NCBI GenBank assembly: GCA_002687355.1
Contig: NYZZ01000041.1
Location: forward strand, 38,156 to 102,155
Length of the DNA: 64,000 nucleotides
DNA from: Methanobacteriota archaeon
GTDB lineage: Archaea; Thermoplasmatota; Poseidoniia; MGIII; CG-Epi1
Direction: 5' to 3'
The position numbers and the translations under genes are program-made. A model generated the notes under the pieces. It was not told where the DNA came from and ran no database searches. It saw nothing but the letters and a program-made list of their open reading frames with translations. Every line of letters begins with the position of its first letter. Positions within the stretch are counted from its first letter, which is position 1. Of this stretch, positions 38,764-48,684 are shown one piece after another.

Positions 38764-41438
38764 TAGGTGTTGCCTCCCGCGACCGCACTAACAATACCCT
38801 CGACGTCAACTCCTTTCCCATCCTTGCTGCGCGTCGGGTCAATACCGTCCCCGCCGTAGCGGAATTGCACCACCGTGTTAGCAGTGTTGCGCACGGTACC
38901 GTCGTACTTGACGCGCAAATCCTCGAGGGCGTTTACCAGCCGTCGCTGCATATAGCCTGAGCGACTAGTGCGTACGGCAGTGTCGACTAGCCCTTCGCGA
39001 CCTCCCATGGAGTGGAAGAAGTACTCAGTTGGATTCAAGCCCTGTTTGTAACTGGAGCGAACAAACCCTTTAGCCTCGGCCCCAAGGTCGTTCTTGTTGA
39101 AATGCGAGAGCGTGCGTTTGTTGTAGCCGCGTGAGACACGCTCACCTCGTATAGCCTGCTGACCAATGCTGCCTGCCATTTGTGACAGGTTTAGCATGCT
39201 GCCGCGCGCTCCAGAGCGCGCCATGATAACCGCGAAATTGTCCATGCCAAGGTGCCAGCCAGCGATTTCGCCGGCGCGATCACGTGCCTCTCCCAATTTT
39301 TTCATCACCTCGACCTCTAGCGTTTCCTCTAGGCTGCGGCCGGGTCGCCGCTCGAGTTTGCCTTTGTTGTAGGCTGCAGCTAGCTTGTCGACGCCAGTCA
39401 TCGCTTCCTCCATTGCATCGCTGATTTGCAGTGACGCCTCGGCCGGGATGTCCTCATCATCGATGCCAGTGGTGCACCCCGTCTCCATCAGTGCGCCGAC
39501 GGCGAGGCGGGTGACGCGATCAATGAACTTGCGTGCCTCAGTCGGTCCCTTGAGGCGTGAAATTTCCTCGAGGATAATTCCCTTAAAGGCAGAGATGGAG
39601 CGGCCGTCGACTGGTCCTCGCAGCATCTCACCATTCTTAATTTCGACAATCGTATCCAGCTCGGCATTCTCTTTTTCGCTGCGGTCAGCAAAAAAGACCG
39701 AGGCGTTGAACTTCAGGTTCATGTCATCTGGTAGTAGGGCTGAAAAAATCTGCCGTCCCGACCAGCGGGGACCGTCAGCAGTCTTGGGCCAGGCTGGCTT
39801 TGGCAATGTACCTTGGAAGTCGATGCGCGACAGGATGCGCACCGTCTGGTCGTGGTCGTAGTTGGCGTCACCGTGGGTTAACAGGAACATACCGGTGATG
39901 TGGTCATGGATAGCGCCAATCACAGCGCCGCCGAAGCGAGGTGAGCGAATGTGCTCCTGCACCCGCATTAGGATGCGCGCTTCTGCTCGTGCCTCTTCGG
40001 ACTGAACGACGTGCAGGTTCATCTCGTCCCCGTCGAAGTCGGCGTTGTAGGGGGGGCAAACGCAGAGGTTGATACGGAAAGTTTTACCCTTCATAATCCG
40101 CACCTCGTGCGCCATCATCGACATGCGATGTAGCGACGGCTGCCTGTTGAACAACACTATGTCGCCGTCCATCAGGTGGCGCTCGACAATATAGCCAGGC
40201 TCAAGCCGCTCTTGGTTGAACTCCCAATTTTCTTCGCTTAGCTTGACGCGTCGCCCATCGGGACGCACCATGTAGTTGATTCCAGGGATGTAACGCTCTG
40301 CGTCGGTAGGTTCGAAATTCTCCTTCATCAGCCATTTCATGAACTGTAGATTATGGATGTTCACTCGCACTGGAATAGTCAGCTCACGCGCTGCCATCTC
40401 AGGGACGCCAACCTGGTTGATACTCAGGTAAGGGTCGGGCGTAATCACGGTGCGGGCCGAGAAATTGACGCGTTTGCCACTCAAGTTGGAGCGGAACCTA
40501 CCTTCCTTACCTTTGAGCCGCTGGATGATGGTTTTCAGCGGCCGCCCGCTGCGGTGGCGCGCGGTGGGGATACCAGCGGTTTGATTGTCAAAATAGGTCG
40601 TAATGTGGTACTGCAGTAGCTCCCACAGGTCGTCAATAATCAGTTGCGGGGCGCCGGCGTCGCGGTTTTCGCGCAGTCGCTGGTTGATGCGTAGCACATC
40701 GACTAGCTTATGGGTCAGGTCGTCCTCTGACCGCTCGCCACTTTCGAGCGTGATAGTGGGGCGCACCGAGACAGGTGGCACAGGGAGTACGGTGAGCACC
40801 ATGTATTCAGGGCGCGTGGTTTCAGGATTGAATCCGAGCGGCCACAGGTCACCGTCTGGAATCTTCTCCAGCCGGCTGCGGACGTCGCGCGGAGTGAGCT
40901 TGTGCCCTCCCTCGCGGAAAGTGGTTGGCTTGTCGAGCGTTAGCTTAATTTTCCTCTCGTTGCAATGGGGGCAGGTCTTCTGCTTGACGGTTTCGCGGAT
41001 TGCGCGTCGGATGAATTCCTGCATTGTGACCGTGGTCCCCGCCTCCGATTCTTGGATGGCGCGTATTTGGGAGGTATAGGTATCGATGCGCTCCTGTGGT
41101 AGTAGCATCCGTCCGCATGCTGGCGCTGCGCAGGTAGAAGCGAGAACGTCCTTGATGTTCTTGTTGTAGCCAGCGTGGATAACCGGCAGCGCGAAATCGA
41201 TATGGCCGAAGTGACCGGGGCACTCATCCAGTTTCTGGCTACAGGTCTTGCAGCGCAGGCCGGGTTCGATAACGCCTAGATGCATGTCCATCAGCCCCAG
41301 CGGGATTGGAAACCCGTCATTGTCGTAGGTGTCGGCGGTGATGATCTTAGTTCCACCAGAGAGTTTGCGGATATCGTCTGGTGACATCAGCCCGAAGTCA
41401 ATGCTGCTAATACGCTTGGGAATCATGTGCCGAATCAC
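38763..41438 (-). CDS. rpoA1: RNA polymerase subunit A' (Rpo1N)
   Basis: [29 protein letters not shown]. Confidence 0.98.
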   Translation of the reverse strand: MIRHMIPKRISSIDFGLMSPDDIRKLSGGTKIITADTYDNDGFPIPLGLMDMHLGVIEPGLRCKTCSQKLDECPGHFGHIDFALPVIHAGYNKNIKDVLASTCAAPACGRMLLPQERIDTYTSQIRAIQESEAGTTVTMQEFIRRAIRETVKQKTCPHCNERKIKLTLDKPTTFREGGHKLTPRDVRSRLEKIPDGDLWPLGFNPETTRPEYMVLTVLPVPPVSVRPTITLESGERSEDDLTHKLVDVLRINQRLRENRDAGAPQLIIDDLWELLQYHITTYFDNQTAGIPTARHRSGRPLKTIIQRLKGKEGRFRSNLSGKRVNFSARTVITPDPYLSINQVGVPEMAARELTIPVRVNIHNLQFMKWLMKENFEPTDAERYIPGINYMVRPDGRRVKLSEENWEFNQERLEPGYIVERHLMDGDIVLFNRQPSLHRMSMMAHEVRIMKGKTFRINLCVCPPYNADFDGDEMNLHVVQSEEARAEARILMRVQEHIRSPRFGGAVIGAIHDHITGMFLLTHGDANYDHDQTVRILSRIDFQGTLPKPAWPKTADGPRWSGRQIFSALLPDDMNLKFNASVFFADRSEKENAELDTIVEIKNGEMLRGPVDGRSISAFKGIILEEISRLKGPTEARKFIDRVTRLAVGALMETGCTTGIDDEDIPAEASLQISDAMEEAMTGVDKLAAAYNKGKLERRPGRSLEETLEVEVMKKLGEARDRAGEIAGWHLGMDNFAVIMARSGARGSMLNLSQMAGSIGQQAIRGERVSRGYNKRTLSHFNKNDLGAEAKGFVRSSYKQGLNPTEYFFHSMGGREGLVDTAVRTSRSGYMQRRLVNALEDLRVKYDGTVRNTANTVVQFRYGGDGIDPTRSKDGKGVDVEGIVSAVAGGNT

Positions 41439-44400
41439 GAGCGATCCTCCAGCCTCAGTTTGGCAGCGATTCCGAGTGCTTTCAATTCTTCTAGTAGCAG
41501 TTTGAAGGCATACGACATGTCGACCGGATAGATGGCAGTGTTGTCTCCCATCGGCGAACTGAGCACCCCACGTCGGTCCTTGTAAGCCAGATGGCCCGAG
41601 CGCCCATCGACGAATTGGGTAGTTTTATCACTCTCATCAAGTAATCGATCTTTGATAACCATCGAGACGCCATGGCCGATGAGGCAGTCGCGCTCCATTT
41701 CGCCGAATCGCAGGCCACCCATGCGGGCACGCCCTTCAGTCGGCTGGCGTGTCAGCAGCTGCATTGGCCCGCGGCTGCGCGCGTGCAGCTTGCCGCTGAC
41801 CATGTGGTGCAGTTTCTGGTAGTAGATGACACCAATAAAAATATCAGCGTCGATACGACGGCCGGTTTGCCCGTCATAGAGTGACTCACGGCCGGAGTGT
41901 TTGAAGCCGTGGTCGGCCAGCTCACCACGCAAGTAATCTTCCTTCTCGCCAGAGAAGGCGCTACCGTCGATGAATCGCCCAGCCATGGCACCCACCTTGC
42001 CGCCCACCATCTCCAACACATGTGCGATAGTCATGCGGCTCGGAATGGCGTGTGGATTGATAATCAGGTCCGGGACGATGCCAGTGGCGGTGAAGGGCAT
42101 CCCCTCCGAAGAGACGATGTGACCGATAACCCCTTTCTGGCCGTGTCGGCTAGCGAATTTATCTCCTAATTCGGGGATGCGCTGATCGCGAACACGGATG
42201 CGCGCGATGCGCGATCCGTTTTCAGTCTCGGAAAGCATTACCGAGTCGACAGTACCTTTCTCCCCATGACGCACTGTTAGCGACGACTCGCGCACGCGTG
42301 CTGGCGTCATGAAATCCGTCGGCTCGGCAAGGAAACGGGGCGGACTGGTCTTGCCGATAAGCACTTCGCGACCACGTAGTTCCACTTCAGGGTAAATCAG
42401 CCCATCTTCCTCCAGATTGAAGTATGCATCTTCGGAGCGCGCACCGCGCACTTCCGGGTCGGGGATGAGAAAACGGTCCTCCTGTCCGCCAGGGTAGCGC
42501 CGTTCCTCCGAAATGTAGGAGCGCATGAAGCTGGAACGACCGATGCCGCGATCAATCGAGCCGCGGTTGAAGATGAGCGCGTCCTCCATGTTGTAGCCAT
42601 GGTAGCTCATTACTGCTACGACCATGTTCTGACCTGCTGGACGCGTGAGCAAGGTGTTATGCTTCATCGCCTCGGTCTGTACCATCGGTTTCTGGGCGTA
42701 GTGCAGCAGATGGCCACGCGTGTCGGGCCGCAACCGATAGTTGGACTGCCCCATGCCAAGAGATTGCTTCGACATGCCGGCCCCCATTGTGCAACGCGGT
42801 GAGGAGTTGTACTCCGGGAAGGGAACGTTAGATGTTGCGACGCCTAGGATGACCATTGGATCAACTTCCATGTGTGTGTAGGCGTGCGTTTTTCGGTTGC
42901 GTTTCAGATCTTCCTCATTAAGTGCAATGAGGCAGTCTTCCTCCTCTTCGGCGTCAATGTACTCGACAAGCCCCATGTCAAGTAGGTCTTCCCAGACTAG
43001 CTTTCCAGCCTCGAGGCGGTCAATGTGCTTCTTCCCGAGCGCCAGCTTGTTGTTACGGTGGATTAGCAGCAGCGGCCGTCGGATTCGTCCCGGGTCGCTA
43101 TTGACCAGCACGTCATTTAGATGATCTTCATGACGTACGTTGACTGTATGACTCAGGCGTGCCTGTCTCCGCAATCCCCTCAGCCTTTCAACCAAGTTAC
43201 GGGGTTCCGGTGTGCAGCCTGCCAAGTCGCCGTTGAAGTAGACCTTACCCCACTTCTCTTGCAGGTTCTCGAGCGGCTGCATGTCCAACTCACGCAGCGT
43301 TTCGAGCACCTCGTCAGGAGGCAGGTTTTCCGCAACATCAACCATCAGTGCCAAATTCTTCACTAGTCCGCAGTTCTGCCCTTCCGGCGTCTCGTTAGGG
43401 CAGAGCCGTCCGAACTGGGTTGAGTGTAGGTCACGTGCTTGGAAGTGAGGTTGGCTACGTGTCAGAGGCGAAATAACTCGCCGCAGGTGGCTCAGCGTTG
43501 CCATGTTGCAGGTACGGTCGAGCAACTGTGACACACCAGCTCGGCCACCAATCCAGTTTCCCGTCGCCATGGCGTGCATTATTTTGTTGGTCAGAACGTC
43601 GCGTCGGATAGCGTTTTTGACCCGCTTTTCCTTGCGCTTGGTGTAGGAACGCTCCATCTGGTATTTCATGTCGTTGAGCAGCGCCTGCAGACCAGCGCGG
43701 AACAATTCCTCCATCAGGTTGCCCGCAAGCTTGAGCCGTTTGTTGGCGTAGTGGTCCTTGTCATCCGGTTCTCGCGTTCCGGTCGCTAGCTCCAGTACCT
43801 CACGCGCCATGCGCCCTAGGAAAAGCGCTTTCTTGTACCGCACCTCTAGACTAGTTGAGAGGTGCGGCAGCAGAGTGTTGTCGAGAATATAGTTGATGCG
43901 CTTGCGCCGGTATTCTTTAGATTGCCCGGCTGCAAAGCGTCGTTCCAGATACTCCAGTGCCTCCTCAGTAGTATAGACCTGCTCTTCGCGGTGGATGCCC
44001 TCGATGTTGGCCAGAACAAGGTTCCGCGTTGCATCGTCATTGGTGATAGCTTCCATGATGTCGTCAGCAGATTCCATCCCCAGTGCCATCATCAGTACCA
44101 CTAGCGGAACCCCTCCTGAGGCAACAGGGATAGAAACATGCAGGATGCCATCCTTTTTCTTCTCAACCATGGTCAGTGCACGGAATCCTTCACGCTGCGA
44201 GAATACCTTGGCGAATTCAGTCTGTCGCTGGTATCGAGCCTCGCGCTCCACCATCACTCGGTTGGGTGCTAGGTCTTCAAGGCATACGAGCACCCGCTCG
44301 GTGCCATTGATAATGAAGTAGCCACCCGGATCTTCCGGATCCTCCTGCTCCAGTTGCAGGATAGTGGCGTATTCGTTGTCTGTAAAGCCTCCATCAGATC

Positions 44401-44908
44401 CCAGCCGCTTTTCGTACTTGGTGCGGAGGTATTCGCTCTCCCGGTGCAGGTTGCAGCGTGTTGACTTTACCATTACTGGCATCATCCCGATTTCCTCCTC
44501 TCCTGCCTCGATTTCGAGTTCTTCTTCGATAACGGTGAATTCTAGGAAGACGGGCGCAGCGTATGTGAGGTTGCGCAGTCGCGCCATCATTGGCGTCGCC
44601 ATCGACTGCGAGCCGTTTGCTTCGACCACCATCGGCTGCCCCATCCGCGCCTTGCCAAGCTTTACAACAACATCCAGATCGCCTAGTTCGAGCCGGACTG
44701 AACCTCGCATGCTCTCGTCTGTGCCAACAGCAATATTGTTGACAACGCGTTGCATCCAGGGTGCAGAATTGCCTTTGTGTGGCAGGAAATCGTTGTATGA
44801 ACCCAGCTGATGGTTCACCAGTGCCGCACTCGTACCTGCCGCATTCTTGCTCTGGAAGAAAGCCCTGATAAGCGGATGGTCCTCATTATGCCGCCGCATC
44901 TGTGTCAT
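41435..44908 (-). CDS. rpoB: RNA polymerase subunit B (Rpo2, unsplit)
   Basis: GGYFIINGTE, ETPEG, GDKFASRHGQKG, GGLRFGEME. Confidence 0.98.
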   Translation of the reverse strand: MTQMRRHNEDHPLIRAFFQSKNAAGTSAALVNHQLGSYNDFLPHKGNSAPWMQRVVNNIAVGTDESMRGSVRLELGDLDVVVKLGKARMGQPMVVEANGSQSMATPMMARLRNLTYAAPVFLEFTVIEEELEIEAGEEEIGMMPVMVKSTRCNLHRESEYLRTKYEKRLGSDGGFTDNEYATILQLEQEDPEDPGGYFIINGTERVLVCLEDLAPNRVMVEREARYQRQTEFAKVFSQREGFRALTMVEKKKDGILHVSIPVASGGVPLVVLMMALGMESADDIMEAITNDDATRNLVLANIEGIHREEQVYTTEEALEYLERRFAAGQSKEYRRKRINYILDNTLLPHLSTSLEVRYKKALFLGRMAREVLELATGTREPDDKDHYANKRLKLAGNLMEELFRAGLQALLNDMKYQMERSYTKRKEKRVKNAIRRDVLTNKIMHAMATGNWIGGRAGVSQLLDRTCNMATLSHLRRVISPLTRSQPHFQARDLHSTQFGRLCPNETPEGQNCGLVKNLALMVDVAENLPPDEVLETLRELDMQPLENLQEKWGKVYFNGDLAGCTPEPRNLVERLRGLRRQARLSHTVNVRHEDHLNDVLVNSDPGRIRRPLLLIHRNNKLALGKKHIDRLEAGKLVWEDLLDMGLVEYIDAEEEEDCLIALNEEDLKRNRKTHAYTHMEVDPMVILGVATSNVPFPEYNSSPRCTMGAGMSKQSLGMGQSNYRLRPDTRGHLLHYAQKPMVQTEAMKHNTLLTRPAGQNMVVAVMSYHGYNMEDALIFNRGSIDRGIGRSSFMRSYISEERRYPGGQEDRFLIPDPEVRGARSEDAYFNLEEDGLIYPEVELRGREVLIGKTSPPRFLAEPTDFMTPARVRESSLTVRHGEKGTVDSVMLSETENGSRIARIRVRDQRIPELGDKFASRHGQKGVIGHIVSSEGMPFTATGIVPDLIINPHAIPSRMTIAHVLEMVGGKVGAMAGRFIDGSAFSGEKEDYLRGELADHGFKHSGRESLYDGQTGRRIDADIFIGVIYYQKLHHMVSGKLHARSRGPMQLLTRQPTEGRARMGGLRFGEMERDCLIGHGVSMVIKDRLLDESDKTTQFVDGRSGHLAYKDRRGVLSSPMGDNTAIYPVDMSYAFKLLLEELKALGIAAKLRLEDRS

Positions 44909-45147
44909 TCTACCACCTGGCGATACGCTAGGTTAATCCCGGCTCGCTCATCGACTCGTTCGATTTCAATAACATCACCCGTGGCAATATCATCACCCAG
45001 CGCCTGCACTGCTGGGTCTGTTTTCAGAATTCTGGGCAGCTGCTCAACACTGACGTTCAATATTGCCAGCTTTTCAGTAGCTTGTTTCGGCTCTAGCCGT
45101 CGATGCCTAGGCACAAGCTTATGGTGCCACAGAAATTCGTCTTCCAG
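44905..45147 (-). CDS. rpoH: RNA polymerase subunit H (Rpo5), probable CTG start
   Basis: HKLVPRH, QLPRI..TDP, GDVIEIER, YRQV. Confidence 0.93.
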   Translation of the reverse strand: MEDEFLWHHKLVPRHRRLEPKQATEKLAILNVSVEQLPRILKTDPAVQALGDDIATGDVIEIERVDERAGINLAYRQVVE

Positions 45148-45189
45148 ACTACTTCACCTTCCTTGTCGCACTTACTCTCCTGCTATCGG

Positions 45190-45263
45190 CGGGCCTGAAG
45201 GGATTCGAACCCTTGACCGTCCGGTTAAAAGCCGGACGCTCTACCTGGCTAAGCTACAGGCCC
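45190..45263 (-). tRNA. tRNA-Lys(UUU)
   Basis: GGGCCTG acceptor stem, CCGG-CTTTTAA-CCGG anticodon arm, GGTTCGAATCC T-loop; CCA not fully encoded. Confidence 0.96.
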
Positions 45264-45443
45264 TTCTACGCACCGCCGACACCCTGGGAGCGGGTCGCCA
45301 AACAAGCGCGCTATTTAAGAATTACTATTTTTAATAGTTTTGACGAACTTTTCCACGATGATAGTAGCCCATTTTCACTTCTAGAGCGACACCCGTGTGG
45401 ACTTTGCAGCCACCATTATAAAACCGCGCGCAATCACGGACGC

Positions 45444-46397
45444 GTGGGACCTGTAGCTGAGCTGGCGCTGGAGTTTCTGCGCGCTACCGAGGCAGCCGCT
45501 ATCGCCGCTGGGCGCATGCGCGGTTGCGGTGACAACAAGGCAGCTGATGCCGCTGCGGTGACTGCAATGCGCGCCATCTTTGATACAATTGCTTTCGATG
45601 GCCGCGTCGCTATCGGTGAGGGCGAGCGTGACGATGCTCCAATGCTTTGGATTGGCGAGCCGCTTGGTTCATGCCAAGGGGACTTTGGAGCGGTGGCGGT
45701 AGATATTGCCGTAGATCCACTCGAGTGCACCAACAACTGTGCTCGCAACGAGCCCGACGCACTAGCGGTAATGGCAGCGGCGCCGCGGGGCTCACTATTA
45801 CACGCACCTGATTGCTACATGAACAAGATTGCAGGCCCACCAGAGTTGGCCGGGCATGTCAGTCTCGATGCGTCTGTCGCTGACAACTTGGCAGCAGCGG
45901 CGAATGTGTTGGGGAAGCCAGTATCTGAGGTTCGGGTCATTGTTCTGAAGCGGTCGCGCCACAAGCGTTTGATTGCTGAAATTCACGCGGCCGGTGCGAG
46001 ACTGCAGTTGATTGGCGACGGCGACATCGCGGGTGCGCTGCGCGCTGCGACTGGCGAAGTCGATCTGTTGCTGGGTATCGGTGCCGCGCCCGAGGGAGTA
46101 ATCGCTGCTACTGCGTTGCGCGGAATCGGTGGTGTTTTCGAAGGACGGCTTCATTTCCACGAGCCGGAGTTCCGGTCACGCGCGGTCGAGATGCTAGGTG
46201 AAGACGTCGACCGACTTTGGCAACGCGACGAGCTTTGCACATCTGACGACGCAGTTTTCGTCGCGACTGGCGTCTGCGACGGCTGGCTTCCCGGGCCCAA
46301 AGCCGGAGAAGGCGGGACAGTGACGACTAGCCGCATCATCACGGTAGCTGATGGTCGTGACGAAATAATCCGACACGAGCACGCGCCAGCCTCTTAA
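45444..46397 (+). CDS. glpX: Class II fructose-1,6-bisphosphatase (GlpX)
   Basis: TEAAA, IGEGERDDAPML, DIAVDPLE, GAAPEGV, ATGV.DG; GTG start 45444 after TTATAAAA. Confidence 0.92.
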   Translation: MGPVAELALEFLRATEAAAIAAGRMRGCGDNKAADAAAVTAMRAIFDTIAFDGRVAIGEGERDDAPMLWIGEPLGSCQGDFGAVAVDIAVDPLECTNNCARNEPDALAVMAAAPRGSLLHAPDCYMNKIAGPPELAGHVSLDASVADNLAAAANVLGKPVSEVRVIVLKRSRHKRLIAEIHAAGARLQLIGDGDIAGALRAATGEVDLLLGIGAAPEGVIAATALRGIGGVFEGRLHFHEPEFRSRAVEMLGEDVDRLWQRDELCTSDDAVFVATGVCDGWLPGPKAGEGGTVTTSRIITVADGRDEIIRHEHAPAS

Positions 46398-46418
46398 GCT
46401 GCGCGAGCCTCGGGACAC

Positions 46419-47438
46419 ATGGACAGAGCAGCCCTCGAAGCAACGGCTCACGCACTGGCGGCGCCAGGCAAGGGAATCTTGGCGGCTGATGAGTCGAACC
46501 CCACAATGGGCAAGCGCCTGTCGCAGATTGGGATGCCGAACGAGGAGCGGCTACGACGTGAATTCCGCGAGACGTTATTCACCACGTCAGAAATGGAGAA
46601 TTATATTTCCGGTGTTATCCTGTTCGACGAAACGCTACGGCAGTCGGCCAGCAACAACCGCAGTATGGTTGAAATCCTGCAGTCGAAAGGAGTCATCCCT
46701 GGCATCAAGGTTGATGGCGGTGCGCACTCTATGGATAGCGCACCGGACGAGAAGCTGACCACCGGTCTTGATGGGCTAGCAGAGCGATGCACTGAGTACT
46801 ATACGCTGGGCGCTCGCTTCGACAAGTGGCGCGCCGTGATTACTATAAGTGACAATCTCCCTAGCGCGGCGTGTGTGCAGGCTAATGCAGACGCGCTGGC
46901 TGACTATGCCCGTATTTCGCAGGGCGCCGGTCTCGTGCCGATTATCGAGCCAGAGGTACTGATGGACGGTACTCATTCCATCGCGCGCTGCTACGAAGTC
47001 AGTGAGTGGACGCTCAACACAGTTTATGCGGCTCTCGCGGACCGCGGGGTGCACTTGCCAGGTACACTACTCAAGCCTAGTATGGTCAACTCTGCCAGTG
47101 ACGCCGACAACCGCGCCGACGTAGAGAAAGTTGCCAGTGAGACACTGCGCTGCCTCAAGGCAACGGCCCCGGCCGAGGTGCCGGGCATCATGTTCCTCTC
47201 CGGCGGCCAGTCCGAGACGGAGGCGACAGCGCACCTCAGCGCGATGAATGCGATGGGTGGTGGGCCGTGGGAACTTTCCTTCTCCTACGGGCGTGCGCTA
47301 CAGCAGTCAGCACTCTATGCGTGGGGCGGTGATTCGGCCAACTGCACTACAGCACAGGCAGCGTTTCTGCATCGAGCACAGCTAAACGGCGCTGCGCGCT
47401 ATGGGTCTTACACGGCAGCGATGGAAGCTGAAGCTTAA
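46419..47438 (+). CDS. Class I fructose-bisphosphate aldolase (animal/bacterial type)
   Basis: GKGILAADES, GIKVD, KWRAV, IEPEV, LLKPSMV, FLSGGQ, SFSYGRALQ. Confidence 0.95.
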   Translation: MDRAALEATAHALAAPGKGILAADESNPTMGKRLSQIGMPNEERLRREFRETLFTTSEMENYISGVILFDETLRQSASNNRSMVEILQSKGVIPGIKVDGGAHSMDSAPDEKLTTGLDGLAERCTEYYTLGARFDKWRAVITISDNLPSAACVQANADALADYARISQGAGLVPIIEPEVLMDGTHSIARCYEVSEWTLNTVYAALADRGVHLPGTLLKPSMVNSASDADNRADVEKVASETLRCLKATAPAEVPGIMFLSGGQSETEATAHLSAMNAMGGGPWELSFSYGRALQQSALYAWGGDSANCTTAQAAFLHRAQLNGAARYGSYTAAMEAEA

Positions 47439-47446
47439 CAAAATCT

Positions 47447-48232
47447 TCAATGTTCCAGACCGAGTAGTTCCCGACTGGAATCGCGAATCAATCCGAGCGC
47501 CCAGCGCGCAATCACAACTCCACCAATGATGCCGACCAGCGGGTCAAGGAATACCAGGGCACTGCCGGGGAACACCATCCCTAGTAACAGTGCTAGGATA
47601 ACGAAGACTGAAACGAGTGCGTCAGCGAGCACATGCAGGTAGGCACCGCGTAGATTCAGGTCTGCGATGTCTTGTGAACTGGCAAAGAGGTGCTCAATGC
47701 GGGAGAGGATGAACTCGAAGTCTTCAGCGTAGGATTGCACCAGCCGGTTCCACTGGCCATAATCACGTGGCGCGTGCGCGTGCGAGTGTGTGTGGCCATG
47801 CTCGCCGTGACCGTGTCCCAGGATCCAGGCGCACCATCCGTTGACTAACAGTCCTATGACTGCCACCGGCAACGCTTGTCCATAGTTTATTTCTGGCCGA
47901 TCAACAAAGTGGAGGAAGGCCTCGTATCCAATGTATAGCGCTACTATGCCAAGGACGATAGCGCTCGCAAAGCCACCCAGCGCATTAGCGCGGCTCGCCT
48001 GTACGCTACCTTCCTCAATGTCGGGGTGTACACGCGTAAAATGGTAGGCGTAAAGTGTGATTCCCAGCGCAGCTGCGTGGGTTCCCATGTGCCAGCCATC
48101 GGCGAGCAGAGCGATCGAGTTTGTGAATAGGCCGGTGGCGATTTCAACGACCATCATCACCAGTGTAATGGCTACGACGACTTGCGTCCGTCGCTCGCCA
48201 TCCTCAGCTATGGCTTGCGGGTCACCGTGCAT
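47447..48232 (-). CDS. Cation diffusion facilitator (DmeF-like), no cytoplasmic CTD
   Basis: ALLADGWHM, His-rich loop, NLRGAYLHVLAD. Confidence 0.88.
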   Translation of the reverse strand: MHGDPQAIAEDGERRTQVVVAITLVMMVVEIATGLFTNSIALLADGWHMGTHAAALGITLYAYHFTRVHPDIEEGSVQASRANALGGFASAIVLGIVALYIGYEAFLHFVDRPEINYGQALPVAVIGLLVNGWCAWILGHGHGEHGHTHSHAHAPRDYGQWNRLVQSYAEDFEFILSRIEHLFASSQDIADLNLRGAYLHVLADALVSVFVILALLLGMVFPGSALVFLDPLVGIIGGVVIARWALGLIRDSSRELLGLEH

Positions 48233-48277
48233 TGTGGGGCGGCAGTCCGCGTTGGCTATAACAATGGCGCCAAGCGA

Positions 48278-48592
48278 TTACTGGCCCGTGAGGAAATCTC
48301 GAATGCGTCCCTCCAATTCAGGCTGCGTGACGGGTGGTGCAATTCCGACGCGTCGTAGCCGCCCTGCCATGCTTGCGCTGGCAATGGAATAGATAACTCG
48401 CCGCCCGTCGCGCCGCCGTTGGAGAATACCTGCTTCGACCAGCAGCTGTAGATGGCGCGACACTGTCGTACGATCGCGACCCGCCGCGACTGCCAACCAT
48501 CCAGCCTCTTGTTCACCTTCGAGCAGAGCACTTACGATACGTAATCTTCTCTCGTCGCTTAGTGCCTTAAAGAATCGAGCCAGCCCAACCAT
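48278..48592 (-). CDS. ArsR/SmtB-family transcriptional regulator
   Basis: FKALSDERRLRI, TVSRHL..L..AG, RRDGRRVIY. Confidence 0.92.
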   Translation of the reverse strand: MVGLARFFKALSDERRLRIVSALLEGEQEAGWLAVAAGRDRTTVSRHLQLLVEAGILQRRRDGRRVIYSIASASMAGRLRRVGIAPPVTQPELEGRIRDFLTGQ

Positions 48593-48617
48593 ATATATGT
48601 ATAAATGTACAAATATA
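48592..48617. promoter_or_regulatory. Putative ArsR/SmtB operator (12-2-12 inverted repeat)
   Basis: TATATATGTATA-AA-TGTACAAATATA, 10 of 12 complementary, abutting the ArsR start. Confidence 0.6.
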
Positions 48618-48684
48618 AAAGTGTTGGGTTGATTTGATGGCTATTCAGGTCTCTTAATCTAGCGAAACTAGCCTGCGTTGTCAC

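Noticed and set aside
45213-45443. N-terminal extension of GlpX
   Set aside because: Overlaps tRNA-Lys and the promoter region; homology starts at GTG 45444
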